From the IMG/VR virus record IMGVR_UViG_3300020367_000004, positions 1-64,000 of that record: DNA of 64,000 bases; one strand, 5' to 3'. A program made the position numbers and the translations under genes. Numbering within the stretch: position 1 is the stretch's first letter; each line of letters begins with the position of its first letter. Shown piece after piece: positions 1 through 11,200 of the stretch. Source of the stretch: a virus (taxonomy: Duplodnaviria; Caudoviricetes). Below the pieces are notes generated by a model. That model made no database searches. It was not told the DNA's origin and saw nothing but the letters and a program-made list of their open reading frames with translations.

Positions 1-2
1 AT

Positions 3-839
3 CATGTTCTCACTGTTGAAGGTGACTACTATCTAAAAGTCATGGGTGACTTCCATATCGAAGTTGCAGGGTCAATGAATGAGCATACATCTAATGGACC
101 TGGGGCAAAAGCAAAGGCAGCAAGTGATTCTAGTTTCTTTGCAAAGGGTTCTAAGTGGAATGATCAGGGTAATGATGATCCAGATGCAGTAGAGCAACCT
201 AGTGGTGGTAATCATTTCAATGTAAAGTCAGGACAGAAAGAAGCAAAGTCTGTACAAACAAAAGCAGGAGACCATGATATAAGTTATCAGGGTGATATCA
301 CAATTCAAGGTGCAAGAATTAATATGAAAGGTATTAATGCTATCAGTCTTGATGCACCAGAGATAAACAATTCATGTCAGGCATTGACTAATAAGGCAAC
401 AGGTGAGATAATAAATGAAACAAACTGGATCACATCTTTCTTGGCATGTGGACGTTTTGATATCGTAGGTATCTTCTCTTCTGCATTGACAAGTGTGGTC
501 ACAGGGCAGTATAGTTTAGTTAAAGGTGCTATTGTAGATGTTACAATGGATCTACCTTTCCCTGGTCCTACTCCCCCTGCACAAATTCGTATGGCAGTTG
601 GTACAGCACAACCTAGTGCTATGGCAGACATAGTAACAGGTGGTTCCCCAGGTGCACATATGACATTAGTGGCCACTCCGACAGGTGGCATAGGGGAGAT
701 TGTCACAGCAGGATCTGGTGCTATAATAAATCAGGTAACCACAGGTCTATGCTCTTATGGAGTTGGAACTGGACTTGCTGCTCTGGGTAGTGCCCTCGGA
801 CCTACACAGATTTATGGACTCCCTGTTATGCTAAACTAA
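3..839 (+). CDS. Baseplate hub / gp5-like protein, C-terminal part (5'-truncated by window)
   Basis: Frame is open upstream of the listed ATG (HVLTVEGDYYLKVMGDFHIEVAG), with V-x-G-D spacing like the gp5 C-terminal beta-helix repeats; T4-like context. Confidence 0.55.
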   Translation, partial: HVLTVEGDYYLKVMGDFHIEVAGSMNEHTSNGPGAKAKAASDSSFFAKGSKWNDQGNDDPDAVEQPSGGNHFNVKSGQKEAKSVQTKAGDHDISYQGDITIQGARINMKGINAISLDAPEINNSCQALTNKATGEIINETNWITSFLACGRFDIVGIFSSALTSVVTGQYSLVKGAIVDVTMDLPFPGPTPPAQIRMAVGTAQPSAMADIVTGGSPGAHMTLVATPTGGIGEIVTAGSGAIINQVTTGLCSYGVGTGLAALGSALGPTQIYGLPVMLN

Positions 840-1024
840 TGAATGATTTAATTGAACACGCTTTTATCCACTTCGGCACACGCACTATCGAAGTATTGGA
901 TGAAGAAGGATATTCACAGAAAGTGAAATTTGAATGGTCAGAAGATGGTGGACGTGGGTTTGCAGCAATGTCTGAGTTTCTACAACAGAACTTAGAATCT
1001 GAAAGACGCACCTACACATTCTGA
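839..1024 (+). CDS. Hypothetical protein (61 aa)
   Basis: TAATG stop/start coupling with upstream gene. Confidence 0.7.
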   Translation: MNDLIEHAFIHFGTRTIEVLDEEGYSQKVKFEWSEDGGRGFAAMSEFLQQNLESERRTYTF

Positions 1025-1248
1025 TGAAACTAACACAAGAAATTATTGACAAAATACAGGAAGCAATGCTTCACACCAAAAAGGATGGCACTGTTAACTG
1101 GAAAGATACTGATGAGATTGAAGTCAATCTAGCAGGAACATTTGCTGCTGATAGGTTTATTGTTATCAAGAACAAAACAAAAGACCCAGTAGTATCTGCT
1201 GCACCACACCCCAACTTTGATTACGAAAAGAAGGAATTCATCAAATGA
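1024..1248 (+). CDS. Hypothetical phage protein (74 aa)
   Basis: TGATG coupling upstream, ATGA overlap downstream. Confidence 0.75.
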   Translation: MKLTQEIIDKIQEAMLHTKKDGTVNWKDTDEIEVNLAGTFAADRFIVIKNKTKDPVVSAAPHPNFDYEKKEFIK

Positions 1249-1523
1249 ACTCATCTATAATAGAACTATCTGTTAAAGAAGTTAAGGAAGGATTTGATCT
1301 GGTCTTGACAATGGTGGAAAGAGGACATACAATAAAGATTGTCCAAGAAGGTAAACCAAGCGTTTTGATGTTACCTGTACCAGAATATGTTAAAGAGTAT
1401 GCACAAGACAATGAACAACTACCAGAGATTCCAATGCCACAGGATTGGAAACCCGATCCAGTCGGAGTAAAACAGTATGTCACAGAAGAACTCAATTCCA
1501 TCAAGAAAGAATTTAACAGTTGA
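1245..1523 (+). CDS. Phd/YefM antitoxin-like protein
   Basis: N-terminus LSVKEVKEGFDLVLTMVERGHTIKIVQEGKPSVLMLP resembles the Phd/YefM pattern (S-x-x-E-x-K...L...V-E-x-G...I...GKP-x-V-L). Confidence 0.5.
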   Translation: MNSSIIELSVKEVKEGFDLVLTMVERGHTIKIVQEGKPSVLMLPVPEYVKEYAQDNEQLPEIPMPQDWKPDPVGVKQYVTEELNSIKKEFNS

Positions 1524-1701
1524 TATAAAAATGTGGTATAGTGAACATGACCACACATGGCACTGGACTTTGTTCGGTTACGAAGATCACTCGTATATAC
1601 ATAGTTCAAGAGCATACACTGTTAAGGAGTCAATGGAGATTATCCAGAAACAGATAGCGTCTATGATGGAGGTAGAAGGACGTGAAATACAGGATTACTA
1701 G
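1477..1701 (+). CDS. Hypothetical protein (start uncertain, possibly 1531)
   Basis: Fills the gap in a tightly packed operon. Confidence 0.55.
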   Translation: MSQKNSIPSRKNLTVDIKMWYSEHDHTWHWTLFGYEDHSYIHSSRAYTVKESMEIIQKQIASMMEVEGREIQDY

Positions 1702-1948
1702 CGCATACTGTAATCTAAAAGACTGCGGAGTCGTACTTATGTACATGATTGAAGGAACTCCATTCACATTTGAAGAAGAAGGATTTGATTATACAGATCC
1801 TGAGATAATTGCAGAGGCAATGTTGAATCCAGAGATAACTCTGGACCAAATGTATCAATGGTCATGTTATCTAATATTAGAAGGCATGCATCCAATAGTA
1901 TATGATCTGGAAGAGCAGATCGCAAACCCAAGTATGTTACCCGAATGA
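1682..1948 (+). CDS. Hypothetical acidic protein (88 aa)
   Basis: GTG start after AGGA; ATGA overlap with gcvP. Confidence 0.7.
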   Translation: MKYRITSAYCNLKDCGVVLMYMIEGTPFTFEEEGFDYTDPEIIAEAMLNPEITLDQMYQWSCYLILEGMHPIVYDLEEQIANPSMLPE

Positions 1949-4692
1949 CAGAATTTATTGGTAGGCACATAGGTCCTTCCGAAGAAGAACAGACTCAGAT
2001 GCTAAACGATCTGGGTCTTAATAATATAGACGAACTTATACGAGACGTTATCCCTGACTCCATACTATTGAGGGGAGACGACACACATCTACCAGAACCT
2101 TGTAGTGAACACGAAGCACTACAAGAACTGAAACATATAGCATCATTCAACAAAGTTACGAGGTGTTTAATTGGACAAGGATACTATGGAACAATTACAC
2201 CGCCTGTCATACAGAGAAATGTTTTTGAGAATCCAGCGTGGTACACATCTTATACTCCATATCAGGCAGAAATTTCGCAAGGAAGATTAGAAGCACTCTT
2301 TAATTATCAGACGTTAATTACTGAACTAACAGGACTACCAATTACAAATGCATCCTTATTAGATGAAGGAACTGCTGCTGCCGAAGCAATGATCATGGCA
2401 CAGCAGAAAGGTAAGAATACATTTCTAGTTGATAGTAAGGTATTTCCACAGACGTTAGAAGTATTAAGAACAAGAGCAAGACCGTTAGATATAAACATAC
2501 AACTTATAGATTTAGATGCAAGTATAGCATTAGAAGATTTCACTGATGCATTTGGTATCGTAGTACAGTTACCTAATAATGATGGTAAACTACGACATTG
2601 TGATGGATTACTAAGGTGTGCAGAGGTATTCAACACCACAAAGATTGCAATCGTAGATCCTATGTGTCAGGTATTGATGCAACCAGTAGGTGAATGGGGA
2701 TTTGATATTGCAGTTGGTAGTATGCAGAGGTTTGGTATTCCTATGGGTTTTGGAGGACCTCATGCAGCATTCTTTGCAACCACTGAGAAATATAAACGTA
2801 AGATTCCTGGACGTATTGTAGGGCAGTCGGTAGATAGTCAAGGTAATAAAGCACTACGACTAGCGTTGCAAACAAGGGAACAACATATAAGACGAGACAA
2901 AGCAACATCCAATATATGCACTGCCCAAGCACTCCTCGCAAATATGGCAGGGTTTTACGCTGCTTATCATGGTGCGGAAGGTCTGAAAAGAATAGCAAAT
3001 AGAATATTAAGATATAGACAAACGTTAATAACAGCATTGAAATGGTGTGGGTATGAAACTGATGATAGTGAAGGATTTGATACTGTTAGGTGGAAGTCTA
3101 ATTTATCAGTAGATCATATCACTATTAGATATGAAGATGGTTGGAATATACTATCTATTGATGAAAGAACAACACTACCAGAACTAGCGGGTATCGTTAG
3201 CACTCAGGTGGAGTTTGAGAACAAGGCAGATACTATTGATCATGTACATGACATCTATAAACTATATCATTGGATGAGTATACCAAGAAGAACTAAACCG
3301 TGGTTACAACAGGCAGTCTTCAAGAAATATCAGAGTGAAACTAACATGATGCGATATATGCAAAAGTTAGTATCAAAAGACTACTCATTAGTACATGGTA
3401 TGATGCCATTGGGTAGTTGTACTATGAAATTAAATGCAGCAGCAGAACTCATGCCTGTATCATGGGAGGAGTTTGCAAGAGTACATCCATTTGCACCTGT
3501 GGCACATCATAGAGGATATAATAAGATTATATTAGATTTAGAGACATGGTTGAAAGATATCACAGGATTTGATGCTGTATCATTACAACCTAATGCAGGG
3601 TCACAGGGAGAGTATGCAGGACTGTTAGCAATACAGGCATTCCATAGAGATAATGGAGACGATAAAAGAAACATATGTTTGATACCAGAGTCAGCACATG
3701 GGACAAATCCCGCTTCTGCAATCATGGCAGGGTTAAAAATTATCCCAGTAAAAATTGACTCCCAGGGGTCGATAGATATTCATGACCTAAGATTGAAAGC
3801 AGCACTACATGCTGACGAGTTATCATCTTGTATGTTGACATATCCGTCAACACATGGATTGTTTGAAACCACTATTAGAGAGATATGTGGCATTATGCAT
3901 GAGAATGGTGGATTAGTCTATATTGATGGTGCAAATATGAATGCACAGGTTGGATTAGCAAAACCAGGGGAATTTGGTGCTGACGTGATGCATCTAAACT
4001 TACATAAGACATTCTGTATACCACATGGAGGTGGTGGACCAGGGGTCGGACCTATTTGTGCAACTAAGTATCTTGAACCTTATATAAATCATCGTGTATC
4101 ATCAGCGTTGCAAGGTAGTGCATCAATACTACCAATAACATGGATGTATATTCGTATGATGGGTGGAGATGGATTACGAAAAGCAAGTGAAGTTGCTATA
4201 TTGAGTGCAAACTGGTTATCTAAGAAAATAGACAACTATTTTAAGGTATTATATAAAGGAAAGAATGGTAGGGTAGCACATGAGTGTATATTTGATATAA
4301 GAGGATATGATGGTATTACAGCAGAAGATGTTGCTAAGAGACTGATGGACTATGGATTTCATGCACCAACCCTGTCATGGCCTGTGTCTGGAACTGTAAT
4401 GGTAGAACCAACAGAGAGTGAGTCACTAGAAGAGTTAGAAAGATTTGGTGAAGCAATGAATCTAATCAGGTGTGAGATAGATGAAAATCCAGCATTATTG
4501 AAGAATGCACCACATACAGCAGCAGTATGTACTGCAACTGAGTGGGATTATCCGTACACAAGAGAAGAAGCAGCATATCCAGTTCAACAAGAGGATAAGT
4601 TCTGGGCAGCAGTGTCAAGAATAGATAATGTTTATGGTGATCGTAATCTTGTGTGCTCTTGTGAGGATTACTTTTCCGAATCGTATAAATAA
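1945..4692 (+). CDS. gcvP: Glycine dehydrogenase (decarboxylating), glycine cleavage system P-protein
   Basis: FIGRHIGP, YTSYTPYQAEISQGRLE, QTREQHIRRDKATSNICTAQ, PLGSCTMKLN, SAHGTNPAS, PLP-lysine motif HLNLHKTFCIPHGGGGPG, GFHAPT, C-terminal RIDNVYGDRNLVCSC. Confidence 0.98.
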   Translation: MTEFIGRHIGPSEEEQTQMLNDLGLNNIDELIRDVIPDSILLRGDDTHLPEPCSEHEALQELKHIASFNKVTRCLIGQGYYGTITPPVIQRNVFENPAWYTSYTPYQAEISQGRLEALFNYQTLITELTGLPITNASLLDEGTAAAEAMIMAQQKGKNTFLVDSKVFPQTLEVLRTRARPLDINIQLIDLDASIALEDFTDAFGIVVQLPNNDGKLRHCDGLLRCAEVFNTTKIAIVDPMCQVLMQPVGEWGFDIAVGSMQRFGIPMGFGGPHAAFFATTEKYKRKIPGRIVGQSVDSQGNKALRLALQTREQHIRRDKATSNICTAQALLANMAGFYAAYHGAEGLKRIANRILRYRQTLITALKWCGYETDDSEGFDTVRWKSNLSVDHITIRYEDGWNILSIDERTTLPELAGIVSTQVEFENKADTIDHVHDIYKLYHWMSIPRRTKPWLQQAVFKKYQSETNMMRYMQKLVSKDYSLVHGMMPLGSCTMKLNAAAELMPVSWEEFARVHPFAPVAHHRGYNKIILDLETWLKDITGFDAVSLQPNAGSQGEYAGLLAIQAFHRDNGDDKRNICLIPESAHGTNPASAIMAGLKIIPVKIDSQGSIDIHDLRLKAALHADELSSCMLTYPSTHGLFETTIREICGIMHENGGLVYIDGANMNAQVGLAKPGEFGADVMHLNLHKTFCIPHGGGGPGVGPICATKYLEPYINHRVSSALQGSASILPITWMYIRMMGGDGLRKASEVAILSANWLSKKIDNYFKVLYKGKNGRVAHECIFDIRGYDGITAEDVAKRLMDYGFHAPTLSWPVSGTVMVEPTESESLEELERFGEAMNLIRCEIDENPALLKNAPHTAAVCTATEWDYPYTREEAAYPVQQEDKFWAAVSRIDNVYGDRNLVCSCEDYFSESYK
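4684..4691 (+). promoter_or_regulatory. T4-type late promoter TATAAATA
   Basis: Exact gp55 consensus overlapping the gcvP stop, just upstream of the structural module. Confidence 0.75.
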
Positions 4693-4719
4693 CTTGGAAC
4701 AACCTATTGTCTGATAATA

Positions 4720-6054
4720 GTGGGAACAAAAAGAATATCACAACTTGAAACTGTATCTGACGATTTAGTAACTGGTGAAGCAGTTCTGCCTATTGTTATT
4801 AGTGATCCTCTGATTCCTAACCGTAAGGCAAAAGTCAACCAATTATTCAGATCGATTAGTGCGGGGTCAAGCACCGCCCCAGGTCTAAGTTTCAACTTGG
4901 ACAGGGACACTGGATTTTACCAGAGCACAGTAAACGAAATTGGTATGACGTTTGGAACAGCGTCATTATATTACTCACGTTCAGCGAACCAAGATGGTTC
5001 ATCTACACTGACCATAGCGGGTAATGATACAGCAAGTGCAAACTCAAACGTAGAGATAGAACCACAAGGTAGTGGTTTCTTTACTGTTGACGGTCCGTCA
5101 GTTTTTAGAGATAACCAGTTATTCTTTGAAGATGACCAGTCATCAGGAAAGAGAGTATTCTTCAACGTTGGTACAGTTTCTACTGCGGGTGGTACGAAGA
5201 GATTTGACTTTCCTAATCTAGGAGCAAATACATCTACTACATTTGTCGCTACTGACACAAACCAGACAATAACGAATAAAGTTGTAATTATAAAGGATAA
5301 TGATCTTAGTATTACAGGTTCTACTGATACTGCAAAGATAGCAAGATTTGAGTGTGACTCGTGGACTGCACCACAGGTAAGGTTATATAAATTACCTGAT
5401 GCAGGAGCAGCAACTGCTCAAACCACTCTGATTGATGATTTAACAGAGCAGAACTTGTTTAACAAGAACATGGTTAACCCCACGTTCTCTACTACATTAT
5501 CAACAGATGAGAATAACCCAACCAAGTACATTATATTTGATCAGTCAGGTATAACACAGGATAGAACAGTTACGTTCCCTGATTTGAACGTTACAGTGGT
5601 TGGTACAGGAGCAACACAAACTTTAACTAACAAAGTTTATAAGGGTGCTATTTTTGAGGATATAGGAGACGCAAGTAAGAAGATTACGTTTGAGTTATCT
5701 AATCTAAATAGTAATACAAACCTTAACTTTACCTTCCCAGAAGGTAGTTTGTTAGCACCTCTAAATAATGGTACCGATGCCAACGTTTTAGTAGCAGAAA
5801 GAGCAACACAAACTCTTAATGCTAAGACGATGGAGAACATGAGGATCAATAATCCAGAGGACGTCAATGGCGTCATCACTATTGATGCTTCAAACATCAC
5901 AGGTGCAAGAACCATAGCGTTCCCAGACGGTGATGCAACGTTACTTTCTACTAACAACATTGATGCAGTGGGTGTTAGTTTCGGTGGACCATTATCAGCA
6001 CCAACATTCGGAGGTAGACTTCGACTTCAAACATTTTTCCAGTCAGGATGGTAA
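4720..6054 (+). CDS. Virion structural / tail-fibre-like protein with ~5 internal repeats
   Basis: N-terminal TKRISQL; repeats K-x3-F...R...FPD...TQTLTNK; downstream of late promoter. Confidence 0.7.
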   Translation: MGTKRISQLETVSDDLVTGEAVLPIVISDPLIPNRKAKVNQLFRSISAGSSTAPGLSFNLDRDTGFYQSTVNEIGMTFGTASLYYSRSANQDGSSTLTIAGNDTASANSNVEIEPQGSGFFTVDGPSVFRDNQLFFEDDQSSGKRVFFNVGTVSTAGGTKRFDFPNLGANTSTTFVATDTNQTITNKVVIIKDNDLSITGSTDTAKIARFECDSWTAPQVRLYKLPDAGAATAQTTLIDDLTEQNLFNKNMVNPTFSTTLSTDENNPTKYIIFDQSGITQDRTVTFPDLNVTVVGTGATQTLTNKVYKGAIFEDIGDASKKITFELSNLNSNTNLNFTFPEGSLLAPLNNGTDANVLVAERATQTLNAKTMENMRINNPEDVNGVITIDASNITGARTIAFPDGDATLLSTNNIDAVGVSFGGPLSAPTFGGRLRLQTFFQSGW

Positions 6055-6060
6055 TTTAAA

Positions 6061-8271
6061 ATGACAGCAGGAAGACTCGCTGCAAGCAACCCCAGCGCAA
6101 CGACTAATACACTTTTATACAGAAGTGTGATTGACCAAACAGCATCAACAGTACTCACAGCAACTAATATAAGTGGTTCTGGTGTTACATATCGTGCTGC
6201 ACTTCGTAATTATGATCAGATTCTTAAATTAGATGGTGATGAACCGTCCAATTTGATATTTAATAAAGGAAACCCAGTATCAACATATAAGTTGAAGATA
6301 ACACCTGGGATTTCATTTGCAGCAGCAGCACCAAACGCTGAAATTAACTCACCAGCGGGTTCAAGAGCAAAGTTACTCGATGTATATAAGGACACTGCAA
6401 CAATAAACAGATATGTAAAGGTAGAGAAAGTAGCAAACTTTGAAGGAGATTCCGAGACTTTAATAGGTACATTTCAAAATGGTGAAACAATTACTGGGGC
6501 AGTTTCAACATTTACAGCAACATTAAAACAGTTCGAGTCTACAACTGGATTAATATATGCAAACATAGCAGACGTAGCACAAGGTGCAACATCAGTCAAA
6601 GTTTCTAGAAACACAGGTTTAGCAGAGGGCACTAAGTTGATGCTTACAACGGACCCAACTGTATCAGGAACCGAAGTTATTACTATTAATGCTGGTGGTA
6701 TCGATGTAAACACTAACACCCTGACTGTTACTCGTGGTGTATATGGTACAACAGCAAGTCCTATCCCTGGTGGACAGTATGCTAAGTCATTCATTGATTC
6801 AGCAACCACATCAACAATTAACGAAGGTGCAACATTTACTGCTGCTGACGTTACACTAACTCTTACTGATGCTACTGGATTCTTAGAAGGTAGTTACATT
6901 CGTATTGGTAATGAAATCATGTCAGTAACAACAGTTGCTGGTAACGATCTAACTATTGTTCGTGGTCAGTATGGTACATCAGCAGTTGACCATAACGATG
7001 GATCAGCAGTTACACAAATGACTGACGCTGGTGATTATTATCTTAACTTCTTCACCGAATCAGAGGGACTTCAAGGTGGAACTTCAAATGCCACTATCAG
7101 TTCCAACGTAACACAAGGTTCTGCATCTATTACTAACCAAGATAGATTTACTATTGCAGAAGGTTCAATCGGTGGTGTATATGAGTATATAACTCTTGCC
7201 AATCATAATAACGAAAGAACTTATCGTTATGATCAATCAGATTCATCTAACACTGGTCATCCATTCAGATTATCAGAACAAGCAGATGGTACACAGACAC
7301 TAACAGGTGCTGAATATACAACTGGTGTAACGAAAGTTGGAACTGCTGGTCAAGCGGGTGCATACTTAGATATTACTATTACATCAGGTACACCATTATC
7401 ACTATATTCATACGCAGAACCAGCAGTAGCAAACACTGCTGACGCTAATGCAAACTATGGTTTCCAAATTGGTACAACACTAACACCTGACTATGAAGAG
7501 ATATACATCTATGACGTAGCAGGAGAACCATGGGCAGCAGCACAAGCATTTGAAATTGGTGGTACAACATATACTGTACAAGCAGGCGGTGTTACTGTTG
7601 GTAAGTATGGATATGTACATGAATGGGATTCTGCACAGAATGAGTTAAAAATCTCGCTGGGTGTAGGATCACCAGCATTTGCAGTAGGGGATCAACTTTA
7701 TGATACACCTACACTTGTTGATGCTAACAGAACTATGGCAGAAGTTGTATCTGGTAAAGTTCTTGCTATTGATACAGTTGGTGCTGCTAATGCAAGTAGA
7801 ACTGCTGGAACATACTCTGGTTTATCTCCCACAGGTGGATCAGGATCAGGATTAAAAGTTGATATTGTAGTTGCAGCATCCACAGGTGCAGCGACTGTAA
7901 CACTCGTAAATGGTGGAAAGAATTATGCAGACGGTGAAACACTAACAGTAACTGACGCTAACTTAGGTGGTGGTGGTGCTCCTAACCTTACATTTGCAAC
8001 TGATGGTATCGGTGCGGGTGATGGTATTGGTGCAACATCAACAACATATGTGAAGACTGAGGATTACATACATTATGGCAAGGCAATCGCTGCAAACTCA
8101 TCAGACAGAACAACTGGTATTGTAGTAGGACCTGGGCAAAATCTGATCGTTTGGGCATCAGATACTAACATTGCATTCCAAGTACAAGGATTTGAATCTG
8201 TTTCTGAGGATTACACTGTACTAGGTAACGCTAAGACCGCTGATTCTGGTGGTGGTGGTGCGACTCCATAA
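6061..8271 (+). CDS. Virion structural protein (736 aa)
   Basis: Thr/Gly/Ala-rich; two LTxxRGxYGTxA repeats; YRYDQSDSSNTGHPFRLS module typical of cyanophage fibres. Confidence 0.7.
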   Translation: MTAGRLAASNPSATTNTLLYRSVIDQTASTVLTATNISGSGVTYRAALRNYDQILKLDGDEPSNLIFNKGNPVSTYKLKITPGISFAAAAPNAEINSPAGSRAKLLDVYKDTATINRYVKVEKVANFEGDSETLIGTFQNGETITGAVSTFTATLKQFESTTGLIYANIADVAQGATSVKVSRNTGLAEGTKLMLTTDPTVSGTEVITINAGGIDVNTNTLTVTRGVYGTTASPIPGGQYAKSFIDSATTSTINEGATFTAADVTLTLTDATGFLEGSYIRIGNEIMSVTTVAGNDLTIVRGQYGTSAVDHNDGSAVTQMTDAGDYYLNFFTESEGLQGGTSNATISSNVTQGSASITNQDRFTIAEGSIGGVYEYITLANHNNERTYRYDQSDSSNTGHPFRLSEQADGTQTLTGAEYTTGVTKVGTAGQAGAYLDITITSGTPLSLYSYAEPAVANTADANANYGFQIGTTLTPDYEEIYIYDVAGEPWAAAQAFEIGGTTYTVQAGGVTVGKYGYVHEWDSAQNELKISLGVGSPAFAVGDQLYDTPTLVDANRTMAEVVSGKVLAIDTVGAANASRTAGTYSGLSPTGGSGSGLKVDIVVAASTGAATVTLVNGGKNYADGETLTVTDANLGGGGAPNLTFATDGIGAGDGIGATSTTYVKTEDYIHYGKAIAANSSDRTTGIVVGPGQNLIVWASDTNIAFQVQGFESVSEDYTVLGNAKTADSGGGGATP

Positions 8272-8296
8272 TAAATAGAACATAAGGGAAACCTAG

Positions 8297-11200
8297 ATGG
8301 CATTAACACGTCTTAAAAATATCATCACGTCGAGGACTGGTCGTATTATATACGTCAACCCCGACGACTTCGATGCATCGGATGCTTACGATAATAGAGG
8401 TAACTCAGCGTTACGTCCGTTTAAGACGTTGCAACGTGCTTTCTTAGAAGTAGCAAGATTTTCATACAGAGTCGGACTAAGTAATGACGAGTTTGACGCA
8501 TTCAGTATATACCTATATCCCTCAGAGTATGTTTTAGATAACAGACCTGGGGTTGCTGACTTTAATGACGTACAACCGTTTGATGCTAACTCAAACTTTG
8601 ATCTAACATCTTCAAGTAATGTACTTTATAAATTCAATTCAGTTCGTGGTGGCATTATATGCCCCAGAGGTGTGTCAGTCGTGGGATCCGACCTCAGAAG
8701 AACTAAGATTGTACCTAAATATGTACCGTATCCAACAGTCCAAGGATCCCTTGGTATAACTGCGGTTAACGAACCAGGACCAACAGCGATATTCAGATTG
8801 ACTGGTGGTTGCTATTTCTGGCAGATGTCATTCTTCGATGGAGATAATAATGGAGTTTACTATCGCTCAGATGATATTGGAACTATTGCTCCAAACTTCT
8901 CACACCATAAAGTTACATGTTTTGAGTACGCAGATGTACCTGACCTAAACTTATATTATCAAAAGATTTCAAAGGCATACGCTACAATTCCTGACTCATC
9001 AGGTGTAGTTGCACAAGACCAGTTACAGGCAAGAATTGAAGAGAACAGGATCGTGGGTCCTATCTCAGACGAATTTGCTATATCACAAATTATCAGAAAT
9101 GGACAAACAGCGACAGCGTTCACAGTCGACGAACTCGGTAATCCGAAGAATCATGGATTCTCCGTGGGTGTCGCTGTTAATATATCTGGGGTTACTGGTC
9201 CTACTGAGCAGGATCAGCTCCTCTATAATGGTTCGTTCTTGGTAACGTCTGCACAGGGTAACCAGTTTACTTATCAGATGTCATCTGAACCTAGTGGTAA
9301 CGCTATTGGTTCTAACATACTTGTTAAGGTTGAGATTGATACTGTTGACTCAGCGTCACCATATGTGTTCAACTGTTCACTAAGATCTGTTTGGGGCATC
9401 AATGGTATGCACGCAGATGGAGCATTTGCAACTGGTTTCAAATCAATGGTTGTTGCCCAGTTCACTGGTATCTCACTACAAAAAGACGATAGAGCATTTG
9501 TTGTTTATAACCAATCAACTGGACAGTATGAACCACAGGCAGCGGGTTCTGGTGCACACATCAATGGTTTCGCAGAATATAGAAGAGGATGGCGACATGT
9601 ACACATACATGCATCTAATGACTCATTCATACAGGTGGTGTCTGTTTTCGCTGTGGGATTTGGAGATCACTTCTTCTCAGAGAGTGGCGGTGACTTATCA
9701 ATCACCAACTCTAACTCAAACTTTGGTAACACATCACTAAGATCAAAAGGATTCAAGGCAGCAGCATTTACGAAAGATAAAGCAGGACAGATAACACACG
9801 TTATACCACCAAAAGGATTGAGTGATGTATCAGAGGTATCAATCAACTGGGTTACTATTGATATTACTGCAACAAAAGCAGAGGCAGATGCATCAAGACT
9901 ATACCTATATGGTTACACATCAGAACTAGGTAAACCACCAAGTAAGATACAGGGTTATACTATTGGTGCTAGACGTGATGACGTTAACACACCTGATAAG
10001 ATATATGTTGCTCTCGTAGCATCAGGTGCAAGTGAACCCACAACACACTATGCACATATATCCCCAGCAGGACCAACAGTTACAGGTACAAAGGCGGGTG
10101 ATGATGATTCACCATTGAAGTTTGACAGTAACAGAAGTCAGTGGTACTTACAGGTTGACAACGCAAACAACACAATATACACAACACTACAAGCGAACAG
10201 CATATATCAGAACTTAGGATTCACACCTACCACATTCATCAGACGTATTCCCGATGCAAGAGACCTTAATGACAGAACATATAGATTCAGATATGTACTA
10301 GACAAGGATGCGTTCCCAATACCAAGACCACCTATTACTGGTTTCGTTCTACAACCTAGATCCAGCGAGTCAAACTCACCAGCATATAGTAAAACTTACT
10401 ACATCTATGATGTAGAAACATTCCAGACATTTGAACGTGGTGTTACAGATGGTATATACTACTTGACATTCCTGTCAGCGTCAGTATCCCCAGGTGCTAC
10501 TAACTTCAACGACTTTGAGTTCTCTCAACAGACAGTGGACATATATCCGTCATTTGACAGAGACAACCCAGTTGCAGACCCAGCAGCAGCAGTTTCAGTT
10601 GCAGACTCAGAAATATTAGGATTGGTTAGGACAACTGATGGTGCAACACCAACACCTAACGAGAACACACAGTTATCAATTACTAAGGAGACTACACAGT
10701 TCTTCTTACAAGAGACAGAGAATAACTTAGGATACACAACCACAGTCAACACACTAACAGGTATAGTTGTTACTGCTAGACTAGGAGATGAAGAAGAGAG
10801 AAAGATACCACTTAAATTAAATCCAGACAACTCAGTAGCACCTTTACAGGTAGAACTGAGACGTTACTCTATCCTTAGAGCATCAGGACACACGTTTGAG
10901 TATCTTGGTTTCGGACCAGGAAACTACTCAACAGCGTTCCCATCTACTCAGGTAGAGGTTCTAAGTCCAGAGCAAGTCAGACTGTCACAGTCATTGAAAG
11001 AAGCAGCAGGAGTTGCTTACTACTCTGGTGTTAACAGTGATGGAGAACTATTCGTTGGTAACCAAGTTATCAACCCAGTTACAGGTCAGATCACTAACGA
11101 AGATATCGCTCAGTTAAACGTCCTCGGTGAAGAGGGAACTACGATTGAGACGTTCTCTGAATTGGTATTGACTGATAAACTAACTGTAATTGGTGGAGCA

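Noticed and set aside
1945-4692. gcvP as host contamination or prophage flank
   Set aside because: It overlaps a phage ORF at its start and a phage late promoter at its end, has phage-like composition, and no other host genes are adjacent
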